The notes: generated by a model not told the origin, from the letters alone. Positions 54,030 to 62,989 are shown, counted from the first letter of the stretch. The stretch: DNA of 64,000 bases from Bacillota bacterium (GCA_023460085.1 JAEWRI010000022.1:135487-199486), one strand, 5' to 3'. Made by a program: numbers and translations.

Positions 54030-54839
54030 TCAAGCTTCAGCAGCTTCACTAATCTTGCACGCCTTAGTAGCGTCTTTCAAAGCCACAACATAAACAGTGC
54101 GTAAGTATACTTTGTTTGTGCGTTTATTTGCATCACGTTCTTGTTCTACAGCTACATCTTTCTTCATGTAGCAATAAACCGCTTCCTTAGTTGCTAAGAT
54201 AGCATAGGTACTTAAAGCCTTAGTCACGATTACAGGAATACCGGCAATAGTACCAATCATGCCATTGTAGATTACTTCACCCATTTGTGCGGCCTTATAA
54301 TCTGCATCTTTACGAATATCAGCCTTCATAGAAGGTGAAATAAGCAAGAATAGCTGGCTTTCATCCTCAACATTCATTTCTGCAATAGCATCAACAATAG
54401 CTTCATAGCCAATAGTTGTACCATTTTCAAATTCTGAAGTCTTAATTAAAATACTTCCTGCGTTCTCTGTTGCCAAAGCCGCATAGAAATCAGTTGTAAG
54501 CTTGTTAGTCATAACCTGTGTTGCACCCTTCATGCTTACATCAACAATCTGTGGGTCTTTCATAGCATCTTCATCAGTGTAGCTGAATACTTGCTGAATA
54601 GTTCCAACTGTATAGTCAATACCAACACAAGCTGAAGAACCAGTAACAGTATTACCAGCACCTTCAGCTACTTCCTCTGCTGTGCCTGTATAGGTGTAAG
54701 TATTAACTGTTTTAGTCATTCCAGCACTTTGTTCTAAGCTGGTATCAACAGTCATTAAGCTACGTGCATTGACTGAAGTAGTAAGTAAATCAGTAGCTTT
54801 AGATTCTAAAACTACATTTTCATAAACTGTGTTTGCCAT
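54030..54839 (-). CDS. Major capsid protein
   Basis: 269 aa directly after the scaffold gene and followed by a terminator. Composition typical of a capsid protein. Confidence 0.8.
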   Translation of the reverse strand: MANTVYENVVLESKATDLLTTSVNARSLMTVDTSLEQSAGMTKTVNTYTYTGTAEEVAEGAGNTVTGSSACVGIDYTVGTIQQVFSYTDEDAMKDPQIVDVSMKGATQVMTNKLTTDFYAALATENAGSILIKTSEFENGTTIGYEAIVDAIAEMNVEDESQLFLLISPSMKADIRKDADYKAAQMGEVIYNGMIGTIAGIPVIVTKALSTYAILATKEAVYCYMKKDVAVEQERDANKRTNKVYLRTVYVVALKDATKACKISEAAEA

Positions 54840-54853
54840 TATTTATAATCTCC

Positions 54854-55414
54854 TTATCTTTGCGATAATTTTTTGTATAACTCTGGATTACTCTTAAATA
54901 GTTCACTTTGTTGTGCCAGAGTTAGTTTTTTGAATTGGTCTTTGGTTAGTTCCTCTGTAGAAGAACTACCTACTTTAGGTGCACCTGTGTTAAGCTTCTT
55001 CTTTACTTCATCTTGAACCGCTTGCTTAAATAGCTTATCTAGCGTTTCAATCTTGGCCTGTGCTTCTTCAACATCTTCACCAATGGCTATAACATCAGCA
55101 AAAGCAGGATTTAAGTTCCTTGCGGAAAGAACCTTAACAACTTCATTTTTTGTTTGAAGGATATTGAATTCTTTTAGCTGTTCCTGCAACTCTTGAATCT
55201 TCATATCCTTTTCAGCGGTTGTTCGCTGTACTTCATCTAAGCCACTCAAAGAAAGCTGTTTCTCATATTTCTTCTTCTGCTTATCCAAAGCCGCATTAAC
55301 TCTTTTATCAGCTTCAGTTTGAAGCAAGGCCATTACTTCATCTTGTGTATAGGTCTTAACTTCTTCCTGTCCATCAACGTTGATATTTTCTTGATTGGTA
55401 TTTTGATTGTCCAT
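54854..55414 (-). CDS. Scaffolding protein (DUF4355-like)
   Basis: 186 aa, highly charged coiled coil (QDEVMALLQTEADKRVNAALDKQKKKYEKQ). Confidence 0.8.
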   Translation of the reverse strand: MDNQNTNQENINVDGQEEVKTYTQDEVMALLQTEADKRVNAALDKQKKKYEKQLSLSGLDEVQRTTAEKDMKIQELQEQLKEFNILQTKNEVVKVLSARNLNPAFADVIAIGEDVEEAQAKIETLDKLFKQAVQDEVKKKLNTGAPKVGSSSTEELTKDQFKKLTLAQQSELFKSNPELYKKLSQR

Positions 55415-55542
55415 TATTGAACTCCTTAAAGATTATGGCTTGCCGCCATCCCCTTTTTGAAAGTATTTGATTGTTTCTTTTACGCCTAACCCCCATTACA
55501 AAAGGCAAGTTGTTTTACTAAGCTAAAACCCCTTGAAAAGCT

Positions 55543-56358
55543 TTATAGTTCTACCACTGGTGCATAGCAACAGCGGCAGTTAGGATGAACCGGCAGTTGT
55601 GGTTCAGTTCCAAGCAAATAAATACCGCCATTTGCGGCGGCGTTTGCTTCACATTCATCACATAAATCTTCATCATCTTCTGGAATGTATTCTACTTCTT
55701 TCACACCTGCTAGTTTGTAACTGGTTATGCTTGCTGTGTTGTAAGCATAACTGGCTTCAGTTCTTACCAGCCTATCAGCCACACTATAGCCAACGTTCAT
55801 ATCAGCCATTATCTGTGCCTTTATTTGGTCTGGCATCTTACCCAAAGTAATCATATCTTCAATGTGCTTGTTCAGTTGGCTTGCTAGATGGTTAGTGTTA
55901 TCCCACACTCTGTTACTATAATTTTTTCCACTCCAAGCACTATTGAGATATTGTGTAGTTTGGGTATTTCTTAGAAAAGTAAATATTCTATCATCTGGGT
56001 ATAGTTCTTTTAATGTTGTTTCTAGCGTGTTGTTAAATACTTTACTTATTACTTCATCCATTATGGTTAGTTGTCTGTTTCCAACACCAGTTAGTTCTTG
56101 CTGTATAATATCTCGCAGTTGCGTATATTTTGAATACTGCCATAACTGCGTTCTGGTTAAGGTTTCAGCACCGGCACTATTGATTTGTGCGAATAGAGAA
56201 TTAATTTGAGTGTCTATTTTTCGGTAGGTCTGCTGATATAGACGTTCCTGCTTCTTAGAATAGTTGGCGGCTAGGCGTTGTGCTTTTTCCTCACTCTGTC
56301 TAGTGCGTTCACTCCAATACTGGTTCTTCTGTTCCTTGTCCATCTTCTTCACCAGCAA
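55543..56358 (-). CDS. Head morphogenesis / minor capsid protein (SPP1 gp7 / Mu F-like)
   Basis: C-terminal VHPNCRCCYAPV motif. It follows the portal gene with an overlap. Confidence 0.8.
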   Translation of the reverse strand: MLVKKMDKEQKNQYWSERTRQSEEKAQRLAANYSKKQERLYQQTYRKIDTQINSLFAQINSAGAETLTRTQLWQYSKYTQLRDIIQQELTGVGNRQLTIMDEVISKVFNNTLETTLKELYPDDRIFTFLRNTQTTQYLNSAWSGKNYSNRVWDNTNHLASQLNKHIEDMITLGKMPDQIKAQIMADMNVGYSVADRLVRTEASYAYNTASITSYKLAGVKEVEYIPEDDEDLCDECEANAAANGGIYLLGTEPQLPVHPNCRCCYAPVVEL

Positions 56359-57643
56359 AATCTATTGAGTAACCAGCCGCTTCTTCTTCCTCTATTCGTT
56401 TCTTTTCTGCTTCATAATCAACATCAATAGGCAGTAGGCCAACCTGTGTTTCTTTGCTTAATAGGTGTCCAACCTTATTCACTACATCAGCCATTTCAAC
56501 TAAGTTAGCTGGTATGTTACGCTTGAATGTTAGGTTGATTGCACGATAGTCATATTCAGAACCCATAATAGAAAGCATATTGCAGATAAGTTCAATGCGG
56601 CGTTGTAGGCCTTTTTTAAAGCTACGTTCCTTTTTAGAAGTGGTGTTTTCTAACCCCATCAGCTTATACTTCATAGCAACACCAGAAGCATTTGCCGCAA
56701 AGTTTTCATCAGTCATTGGCGGCGTTTTGCTGAACTTGTGAATATCACTATCTATGCGGTTCTTTAGGTTCTCAACATAGGTATCATTAATGGTCTTTAT
56801 TAGCCACTGTGCGGCAGAACCTTCTGGAAGGGTAATTACTCTGTTTTCCTTCATGTTGGCTACATCATCTGCTTCTAAGCCATCAACACCAGTTAAGGCC
56901 AAATAAGCATCTGCAAAGTATTCCATATCATTAACGCTATCACTTTGTATTTTGTCGTAAGCGTCAATAAGGGGAATTACTGTTTCATAATCACCTAATT
57001 CTTCTTCATTATTGCAGTAAACAATAATAGGAACTGCGTTAAACTGGTGTTGCTGTTCATCAAGCAACAGCATACCGGCTATACTCTTTTCCCATTGCTG
57101 AATATAGGTTTTACTGTAGACTTCAACAAAGGTTTTAGTGTTGCCAGTCAGAATATCCTTTTCATCATAGTAGCGGATAAAGAAAAGTAAATCTTCTTCA
57201 ACCGTATTATCATAGACAGGAATACAGCCTTCAGCACTAACCTTCTTAAAGCGAATATCCGCATTATCATCTAAGTAAAGAAGTTCATAGGCTGTACCAT
57301 AGATAGAAGCATCTTTAGCCAGTTCTGAATTCTCTGCGGCTTCATCATTGTAGTTATAGATAGCAGTTAAGGAATTAAGCAACTCTATTTCTTCACTGTT
57401 GTAGCTTACAGGTTCACCCATGAAATAGCCAACCATAATGTCAGTTATGTAGTTGGCATAAGGGTTAACTACCTTGTTGTTTGGCTTAGTAGCGTCTACC
57501 ATAGTGCGGCTTAGAATAGCTTGATTTCCTATGTAGTAATCAGCTAACTTCTTTCTATTTGCGGCTTCACCAGCGTTATCTTCTATATACTTCAGAATTA
57601 GTTCTGGTGTAAGCACGCTATCTTTCTTTAATCTGTATTTCAT
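56309..57643 (-). CDS. Portal protein (SPP1 gp6-like)
   Basis: 444 aa, immediately after the large terminase. Conserved portal core and an acidic C-terminus. Confidence 0.9.
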   Translation of the reverse strand: MKYRLKKDSVLTPELILKYIEDNAGEAANRKKLADYYIGNQAILSRTMVDATKPNNKVVNPYANYITDIMVGYFMGEPVSYNSEEIELLNSLTAIYNYNDEAAENSELAKDASIYGTAYELLYLDDNADIRFKKVSAEGCIPVYDNTVEEDLLFFIRYYDEKDILTGNTKTFVEVYSKTYIQQWEKSIAGMLLLDEQQHQFNAVPIIVYCNNEEELGDYETVIPLIDAYDKIQSDSVNDMEYFADAYLALTGVDGLEADDVANMKENRVITLPEGSAAQWLIKTINDTYVENLKNRIDSDIHKFSKTPPMTDENFAANASGVAMKYKLMGLENTTSKKERSFKKGLQRRIELICNMLSIMGSEYDYRAINLTFKRNIPANLVEMADVVNKVGHLLSKETQVGLLPIDVDYEAEKKRIEEEEAAGYSIDFAGEEDGQGTEEPVLE

Positions 57644-57653
57644 TTAGTCACCT

Positions 57654-58886
57654 CTATAAACCAAGTGCCGCCTTATTCAGCGTGCCTACCTTTCTAATGT
57701 TTTCAACGCACTGTAACGAGTAACGCAAAGCATCAATGCAGTGGTTAAAATCATCGTTAGGTTCGTTAATGTATTCATTTGTGGCTTTGTCTTTTTTCCA
57801 AGAATAATTCTGGAATTCAGTTATAAGGTTCTGGCACTTTTGATTAACCAGTATTTCATATTGCTGTAGCTTCTGAATACCTTGAAGCACTGAACCTTTG
57901 CCTTTAGTTGCGGCCTTTATGCGTGTTACGCCTTGTCGCTTGATTTCTTCAATAGATTTCTGTTCAGCACTATCAGCAATGATTAGTTCTTTGCCATAGC
58001 CTTTATACTTGATAGTGTTGGCTATAGCGTCATTCAACATAGCGTGTTGATAGTGTTCATCAGTTATATATATCTTCTTATCTTCTTCATCCAGATAGGC
58101 GGCTATAAAGGCTGTAGCATCATTCACATAGCCAAAGTCAAGGCCGCACATTAACTTAGCGGTTGAAGGCGGCTGTATGTCTGAAATTGTCCAGTTGTAA
58201 AAAACCAGCTTATCTAAGCTGGCAAACTCACCTAAAGCATAAACCTTATAGTATGAAGGGTTAATCTTCTTCATATGTTCCAGATAGTCAATGAAGTTTT
58301 GTTTAAGGTGCGTTATATTATCCAAGTAAGTTGTTTTAATTATTATGGTGTTTATAGGCGGCGTGCCTGTGTTAAAGCCAAAATACTTGTAAACCCAATT
58401 TACTTTAGATATAGGGTTAAAAGAAACAATAACCTGTAAGTTCTGCTTCTTAACTCTTAAACGTAAGTTTAATTGCGTAAATTCTTCTTCATTTATTTCA
58501 GTAGCTTCTTCAACCCATATATCAGTAATATCAGTTATTGACTTTATCTTTTCGCTATCATCAAGGCCTTTAAAAAGAATGATACTGCCATTAGGCAATT
58601 CAATTGAAAATATAGATAGGTTAATCTTACAATCTTGTTTAATTTGAAAAAGAGAAAGCATATCTAAGAAAAGCTGAAACACACTATCTTTTATAGTGCG
58701 GCCTACCTTTCTAATAACCAATATCTTTCTCTTATCGTTTAATGCCTTGATAAGTAGCTTCTGTGCTATGAAGTATGACTTACCAGAACCGGCAGAACCA
58801 TAATAGACTTCTGTATTATGCGAATAGTCAAAAACATAAGGAAAGTAAGCATCATTAAAGAAGCGGCGTTTAATTCCAATTTTCAT
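57654..58886 (-). CDS. Terminase large subunit (PBSX/Terminase_3-like)
   Basis: Walker A YYGSAGSGKSY, a Walker B-like WVEEATE and a C-terminal RNaseH-like nuclease region. Confidence 0.9.
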   Translation of the reverse strand: MKIGIKRRFFNDAYFPYVFDYSHNTEVYYGSAGSGKSYFIAQKLLIKALNDKRKILVIRKVGRTIKDSVFQLFLDMLSLFQIKQDCKINLSIFSIELPNGSIILFKGLDDSEKIKSITDITDIWVEEATEINEEEFTQLNLRLRVKKQNLQVIVSFNPISKVNWVYKYFGFNTGTPPINTIIIKTTYLDNITHLKQNFIDYLEHMKKINPSYYKVYALGEFASLDKLVFYNWTISDIQPPSTAKLMCGLDFGYVNDATAFIAAYLDEEDKKIYITDEHYQHAMLNDAIANTIKYKGYGKELIIADSAEQKSIEEIKRQGVTRIKAATKGKGSVLQGIQKLQQYEILVNQKCQNLITEFQNYSWKKDKATNEYINEPNDDFNHCIDALRYSLQCVENIRKVGTLNKAALGL

Positions 58887-58900
58887 AGTATCACCGCTTA

Positions 58901-59251
58901 TTAATCTTCGATAATATCTACTACAATGGTTCTTTCACCTATTTGTTCAATCTTTTCAGTTGCCTTAAAGCCAGAGTAATCAAGAATGTACTTTGCCGCA
59001 TTTAAGGCGGCAGAAAGGCTATCATCATTATCTAATACATTTTCCATTCTGCTGATTGCTTTAGAAACTAAAGAACTAAACTTGTTTTCAATTTCTTCTT
59101 GAAATTTCTTAGCATATATTTCATCATGCTTCCATCGTGAAACTGTAGTTTCATGCACTCCAAGTATATCAGCTACTTCTTTTTGCTTCTTATTCTCATA
59201 GACTAAAAGGCGAATAGCTTCTTCTTGTTTTTCACTCAACATAGCCTTCAC
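58901..59251 (-). CDS. Terminase small subunit (HTH type)
   Basis: LSEKQEEAIRLLVYENKKQKEVADILGVHETTVSRWK HTH, immediately upstream of TerL. Confidence 0.75.
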   Translation of the reverse strand: MKAMLSEKQEEAIRLLVYENKKQKEVADILGVHETTVSRWKHDEIYAKKFQEEIENKFSSLVSKAISRMENVLDNDDSLSAALNAAKYILDYSGFKATEKIEQIGERTIVVDIIED

Positions 59252-59489
59252 CTCTCTTATCTCTAATTAGGCTTCTTATATCTCTGTAAGAAGCAAGAAA
59301 TTTGTGTAGTTCAACTACAGTATTGGTTTTTCTAAACTGCTTAATAGCGATTGATACACCATGACAAATAGGAAAAACCGCATAATACACTTGTCCATCT
59401 TCAGTATCTATAGTTGGCAGTAAATCGGTAGCCATGTAGATATAGGTGATAAGGTTAAGGCTGTAAATTCTCTTATCCATCACTATCAC
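59232..59489 (-). CDS. Hypothetical phage protein
   Basis: 85-aa ORF co-oriented and overlapping with its neighbours. No motif recognised. Confidence 0.45.
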   Translation of the reverse strand: MIVMDKRIYSLNLITYIYMATDLLPTIDTEDGQVYYAVFPICHGVSIAIKQFRKTNTVVELHKFLASYRDIRSLIRDKRGEGYVE

Positions 59490-59664
59490 CTTCAGCTATA
59501 ATTGCTTCATACAGTTCTTTAGCTTCGTTAAACTGCTTTTCAGCTATCAACATGCGGCTATACAGAATTCTTAGTTCAGTATCTTTATAGCCTGTTAGTG
59601 GGTATTTCTCTAAGTTCTCATAATAAGTAACTGTTTGCTTTTCCTCCATTTGCTGTTCCTCCAA
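59473..59664 (-). CDS. Hypothetical phage protein
   Basis: 63-aa ORF in tight packing with its neighbours. Confidence 0.45.
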   Translation of the reverse strand: MEEQQMEEKQTVTYYENLEKYPLTGYKDTELRILYSRMLIAEKQFNEAKELYEAIIAEGDSDG

Positions 59665-59913
59665 TTAAAGAATAAATATCGTTGCATATACAACATAAAT
59701 ATTGTCAGCAACTTGTTGTAAATCAGCTTCAATAATGCCTGTTTTATTCAATACTCCTTGTAGTTGAATGGCTTCTTCCTTATCGAAAGCACCCCATCTT
59801 ATTTGGCGTTGTGTTCCAAAGTCGTGAATAGTGCAATCACCTTTTTCTTTACAAACAAGAAATTTAGCACCGGCATTATTTATTTCATGCCACTTTTTTG
59901 TAGTAATAATCAT
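59665..59913 (-). CDS. Hypothetical phage protein
   Basis: 82-aa ORF abutting the downstream gene (its stop at 59665 is next to the start at 59664). Confidence 0.45.
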   Translation of the reverse strand: MIITTKKWHEINNAGAKFLVCKEKGDCTIHDFGTQRQIRWGAFDKEEAIQLQGVLNKTGIIEADLQQVADNIYVVYATIFIL

Positions 59914-59948
59914 AATCGTATTTCCTCCAATTGTTTGTATCAGTGCTG

Positions 59949-60440
59949 TTAAGCACTAATATTTTTGTAGTGCGGCAGTTTCTCAATTTTATTTAATGGG
60001 ATTAATGCAATTTCCCCAAGCTTTAGGTACTCGCCGCACTCAAATTGTTTTGTTTCTATATGCTTAAAAGAATTATTGTTATATAACTCTCTAAGTTCAT
60101 TTGTTCTTACGCAATGGATAACTTCTTGCTGAATATCAACAAAGAAGATAAATAATGCTTTAGTATAAAAAAACCAGCCTTTCTTCTTAGCTGATTTATT
60201 GGTTATTGTTTCAACGCATATGTTGCCAGTGTCGGCTATACGGCTATCTGCTTTGACTTCTATAGTTAAGGCCAATCTATCTTCCTGCTGTGCTATAAGG
60301 TCAATATCTTGTAGTTGGTATTGTTTGCTGTCTGAAACATCTTCTATAATGTAACCTTGCTGTTCTAAGAAGGTTGCGGCTAAAGCTTCGCCTTTTCTTC
60401 CTGCCGCAAGTGCCGCACTAAAATTATTGTAGTTTCCCAT
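59949..60440 (-). CDS. PD-(D/E)xK nuclease-fold protein (YraN/Hjc-like motif pattern)
   Basis: GRKGEALAATFLEQQGYII...QDIDLIAQQ...LTIEVKAD matches the G.GE..A...L...G / (E/D)IDLI / EVK pattern. Confidence 0.6.
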   Translation of the reverse strand: MGNYNNFSAALAAGRKGEALAATFLEQQGYIIEDVSDSKQYQLQDIDLIAQQEDRLALTIEVKADSRIADTGNICVETITNKSAKKKGWFFYTKALFIFFVDIQQEVIHCVRTNELRELYNNNSFKHIETKQFECGEYLKLGEIALIPLNKIEKLPHYKNISA

Positions 60441-60551
60441 AGTTTTTAGTTACTCCTATTAAGTGATAGGGTTTTTGTTTTCTCCCTTCACTGGGTTAGT
60501 GGCAACTATGGGTAGGTAATATAGATTTTTCTGCGGAATTTTTACTTTTTG

Positions 60552-60560
60552 TGTTATAAT
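60552..60560 (+). promoter_or_regulatory. Extended -10 promoter element (TGtTATAAT) for the plus-strand moron genes
   Basis: TG at 60552-60553 and TATAAT at 60555-60560, about 33 nt upstream of ATG 60594 (AAGGAG SD). Confidence 0.4.
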
Positions 60561-60593
60561 AATCTATATTAATATAAATATAAGGAGTTTCTT

Positions 60594-60863
60594 ATGTTTG
60601 GATTAACAGAAGTTCAGCGAATAAAAAATGGTGGTCAAGCTAAACTCTCAAAACGTCAAATAGTTTTTCTTATTATTAGTTTAAATGCCGCTAAAGCAAA
60701 CTTATCACCAAAACAATATTATCAACTTGAATGTCTTTTTGGTATGTATCGTAGAGATAAACAAAAGGTGGTTATGGACTGTGCAAAATACTTAGCGGTC
60801 TGTGATGAAATGATTGCAGACTTTGAAGAAATTGCACCCTTTGAATTAATTAATGGTCAGTAA
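60594..60863 (+). CDS. Hypothetical protein (moron, opposite orientation to the phage modules)
   Basis: 89-aa ORF with an AAGGAG SD. No motif recognised. Confidence 0.5.
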   Translation: MFGLTEVQRIKNGGQAKLSKRQIVFLIISLNAAKANLSPKQYYQLECLFGMYRRDKQKVVMDCAKYLAVCDEMIADFEEIAPFELINGQ

Positions 60864-60875
60864 GGAGTAATCATA

Positions 60876-61379
60876 ATGGAACTTGCAAACATTATTGTAT
60901 CTGGTATTCTTGGTTTAGCAGTAATAGCTTTAACGTTCATCAGTTTAAATCAAAATAAAAAGTCAATTGAGCATGAAAAGAAAATGCGTGCCTTAGAAAT
61001 AAAAGTTTCTACTTTTGAATTAATTCAAGAAGTATATTTTTTCTTTACTTGCGATTTAGCCAATCCGGATTTTTTTAATTTCGAAGAACTATTTATTAAT
61101 TTTAATAATAGTTTTACAAGATTAACTAAACTAGGATTTTTAATAGATTTCTTATTCGATAATGATTTAAAGTATAAACTTAAATGTAAAATTAGTTCTA
61201 TACAACAAGTTCTCCTAAATAAAGAGTTCCCAAGTTTCGATATAAATCAAATTGATGAAGGAATAAAGAATTTGCTTATTTCGCCAATAGAAAGTCATCA
61301 AAGACAAGCAGTTTTTCTTTATGAAATAAATAAAGATATCGTTGAATTATTTAATCCCTATAAACTAAATCTCAAATAA
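60876..61379 (+). CDS. Hypothetical N-terminally membrane-anchored protein (moron)
   Basis: 167 aa. TM segment IIVSGILGLAVIALTFISL. Extremely AT-rich. AAGGAG SD. Confidence 0.5.
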   Translation: MELANIIVSGILGLAVIALTFISLNQNKKSIEHEKKMRALEIKVSTFELIQEVYFFFTCDLANPDFFNFEELFINFNNSFTRLTKLGFLIDFLFDNDLKYKLKCKISSIQQVLLNKEFPSFDINQIDEGIKNLLISPIESHQRQAVFLYEINKDIVELFNPYKLNLK

Positions 61380-61552
61380 ATTTTCTAAAATCAGCGGCAA
61401 TTCAACCATAGGAATTTAGCCTTCAGTATAAATAATAGAGAAGGCTAAAAACTATACCTTATTTGCTTCTAAAAGGTAGGAAAATTAGTATAGATTATAT
61501 ACTAATAAAGAATTAAGCGGCAGCCTTTACGATTGCCGCCTTACCTTTACTT

Positions 61553-61705
61553 TCAAGGTATACTTTCTACTTGTCCACTATTACTATTATAATAGTGACT
61601 TTTGCCATAGTTTAAACTACTCAATCCACCGCTATTATCACCATTAGCCATAGCGATTAAAACAATGATTACAATGATTATTACCACAATCCAACCCTTT
61701 TTCAT
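61553..61705 (-). CDS. Small membrane peptide, 50 aa (below ORF-track cutoff)
   Basis: GGAGGGCGTGAA-ATG at 61705. Hand translation: MKKGWIVVIIIVIIVLIAMANGDNSGGLSSLNYGKSHYYNSNSGQVESIP. Confidence 0.4.
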   Translation of the reverse strand: MKKGWIVVIIIVIIVLIAMANGDNSGGLSSLNYGKSHYYNSNSGQVESIP

Positions 61706-61826
61706 TTCACGCCCTCCATTTAATTTGATATTATAATTAATATCATCTTTGCTATCACATTGTAATATATTTTACTATCTTGTGTCAAACTACAATAATA
61801 GTAATAGTGAAATGAGGTGTGATATT

Positions 61827-62027
61827 GTGAGTGAGTTAAAAGATAAAGACCAGCCGCTTATTATAAAGAAGCGTGGTGAAGATGGTAATAAGGTTATTAC
61901 CGTTCGTATTAAAGAAGGCATCTTAGAGAGTCTTGATAGAATAGCCAAAGAAAACAACTATTCACGCAATGAGATTATCAACATCATCTTAGAACATGGT
62001 ATTAAAACCATGGTTATTGAGAAGTGA
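61827..62027 (+). CDS. Ribbon-helix-helix (CopG/Arc-like) protein, paralog of 43316..43495
   Basis: GTG 61827 follows an AGGTG SD (ATG 61812 is the alternative). KRGEDGNKVITVRIKEGILESLDRIAKENNYSRNEIINIILEHGI. Confidence 0.6.
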   Translation: MSELKDKDQPLIIKKRGEDGNKVITVRIKEGILESLDRIAKENNYSRNEIINIILEHGIKTMVIEK

Positions 62028-62819
62028 TTATGCTTCAGCAATATCATCATATAATTCTGTTAAATCCATTAGCTGTTTCTTAGGTTTATTCTTATTAGGA
62101 TTGATAGTCACTGCCATTACTTTCTGATTTTGAATAGAAGCAAATTGTTGAGCAATTCTATCTTTATTGGCCTTTAGCTTGTTTAGGCTTTCAGTAATCT
62201 CTTTTTGGTAATCAGCATTAAAAAGTAGGCCATAACCATATCTATCCCAAGTTGTTTGCGGTTTGCCGTTAAGTGCGGCATCAATCCATTCTTCAGCAAA
62301 GCCTTTTGCCGCAAGCTGTTCTATTGCCTTCTGTTTTTCTCCCTTCTCATTTGAGGAAGGACTATCTATCTTATATGTTATTATATGTTTATCTATTTCT
62401 CTATCACTTTTGGGAACTACTTTGTTCACTTTTAGGAACCCTGTATATCCTTTTTGGGAACAACTTTGTTCGTTTTTGGGAACAAGGTCACTTTTATTTA
62501 GTTCGCTTTTGGGAACTGGATTAGTAAAAAAATTATAAATATTGCCTTGTTTTAATTGTAGATAGCCTTCATCAACTAATAGTGCTACAGCTTTATGGTA
62601 TGTAGTTTTTTTAATTCCTGTTGCATCTTCAAAAGCCTTTTGGCTAAGTGCTAAATCGAAGCCATCTGCATTACTCGATAAGTATAAATACAGAACAAAG
62701 GCTGAAGGCGTTAAAATTGCCTGAGCTTCTAACCACTCATTATTTTTAATTTGAAGAAAGTCTTTTACACACTTGCTTTTGCAAATATGTATAACTTTCT
62801 GGTTTGCTACTGTTGTCAT
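62028..62819 (-). CDS. Putative replisome organiser / replication initiator (wHTH N-terminus, iteron-containing gene)
   Basis: N-terminal wHTH-like LSQKAFEDATGIKKTTYHKAVALLVDEGYL. The central region is encoded by phased TTTTGGGAAC repeats. First gene after a strong promoter. Confidence 0.55.
   Translation of the reverse strand: MTTVANQKVIHICKSKCVKDFLQIKNNEWLEAQAILTPSAFVLYLYLSSNADGFDLALSQKAFEDATGIKKTTYHKAVALLVDEGYLQLKQGNIYNFFTNPVPKSELNKSDLVPKNEQSCSQKGYTGFLKVNKVVPKSDREIDKHIITYKIDSPSSNEKGEKQKAIEQLAAKGFAEEWIDAALNGKPQTTWDRYGYGLLFNADYQKEITESLNKLKANKDRIAQQFASIQNQKVMAVTINPNKNKPKKQLMDLTELYDDIAEA
62408..62516. repeat. Five TTTT(G/A)GGAAC iterons (candidate phage origin) inside the replication gene
   Basis: Copies start at 62408, 62430, 62452 and 62474 (exact 22-bp phasing) and at 62507 (+33 bp). 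Confidence 0.65.
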
Positions 62820-62860
62820 AATAATTACCACCCTAATATTATTTACCACCTAAATAAAAT

Positions 62861-62926
62861 AAGTAAGACTGCGGCTGGTGGTATAGCCGCATAAGATAGA
62901 GTAGCTACTCTCTATCCGTCTTACTT
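62861..62926 (-). promoter_or_regulatory. 66-nt nested inverted-repeat element (three-way-junction-like) in the early-gene leader, followed by a T-run
   Basis: Outer 9-bp stem aagtaagac(62861-69)/gtcttactt(62918-26) encloses hairpins gcggct/agccgc (62871-90) and gatagag/ctctatc (62895-916). On the minus strand ATTTTATTT follows. Confidence 0.4.
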
Positions 62927-62960
62927 TCCAGTAAACTTAATTATTTTTTACTTCTCTCTT

Positions 62961-62989
62961 ATTATACCACAAATTACCATCTTAGTCAA
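62961..62989 (-). promoter_or_regulatory. Strong sigma-70-type early promoter
   Basis: Minus strand reads TTGACT (62989-62984), 17 nt, TATAAT (62966-62961). Confidence 0.6.

Noticed and set aside
62861-62926. Cloverleaf-like nested inverted repeats considered as a phage-encoded tRNA.
   Set aside because: It is only 66 nt, has two internal hairpins instead of three, and lacks a T-loop consensus and a plausible 7-nt anticodon loop. It is kept as a structured leader element instead.
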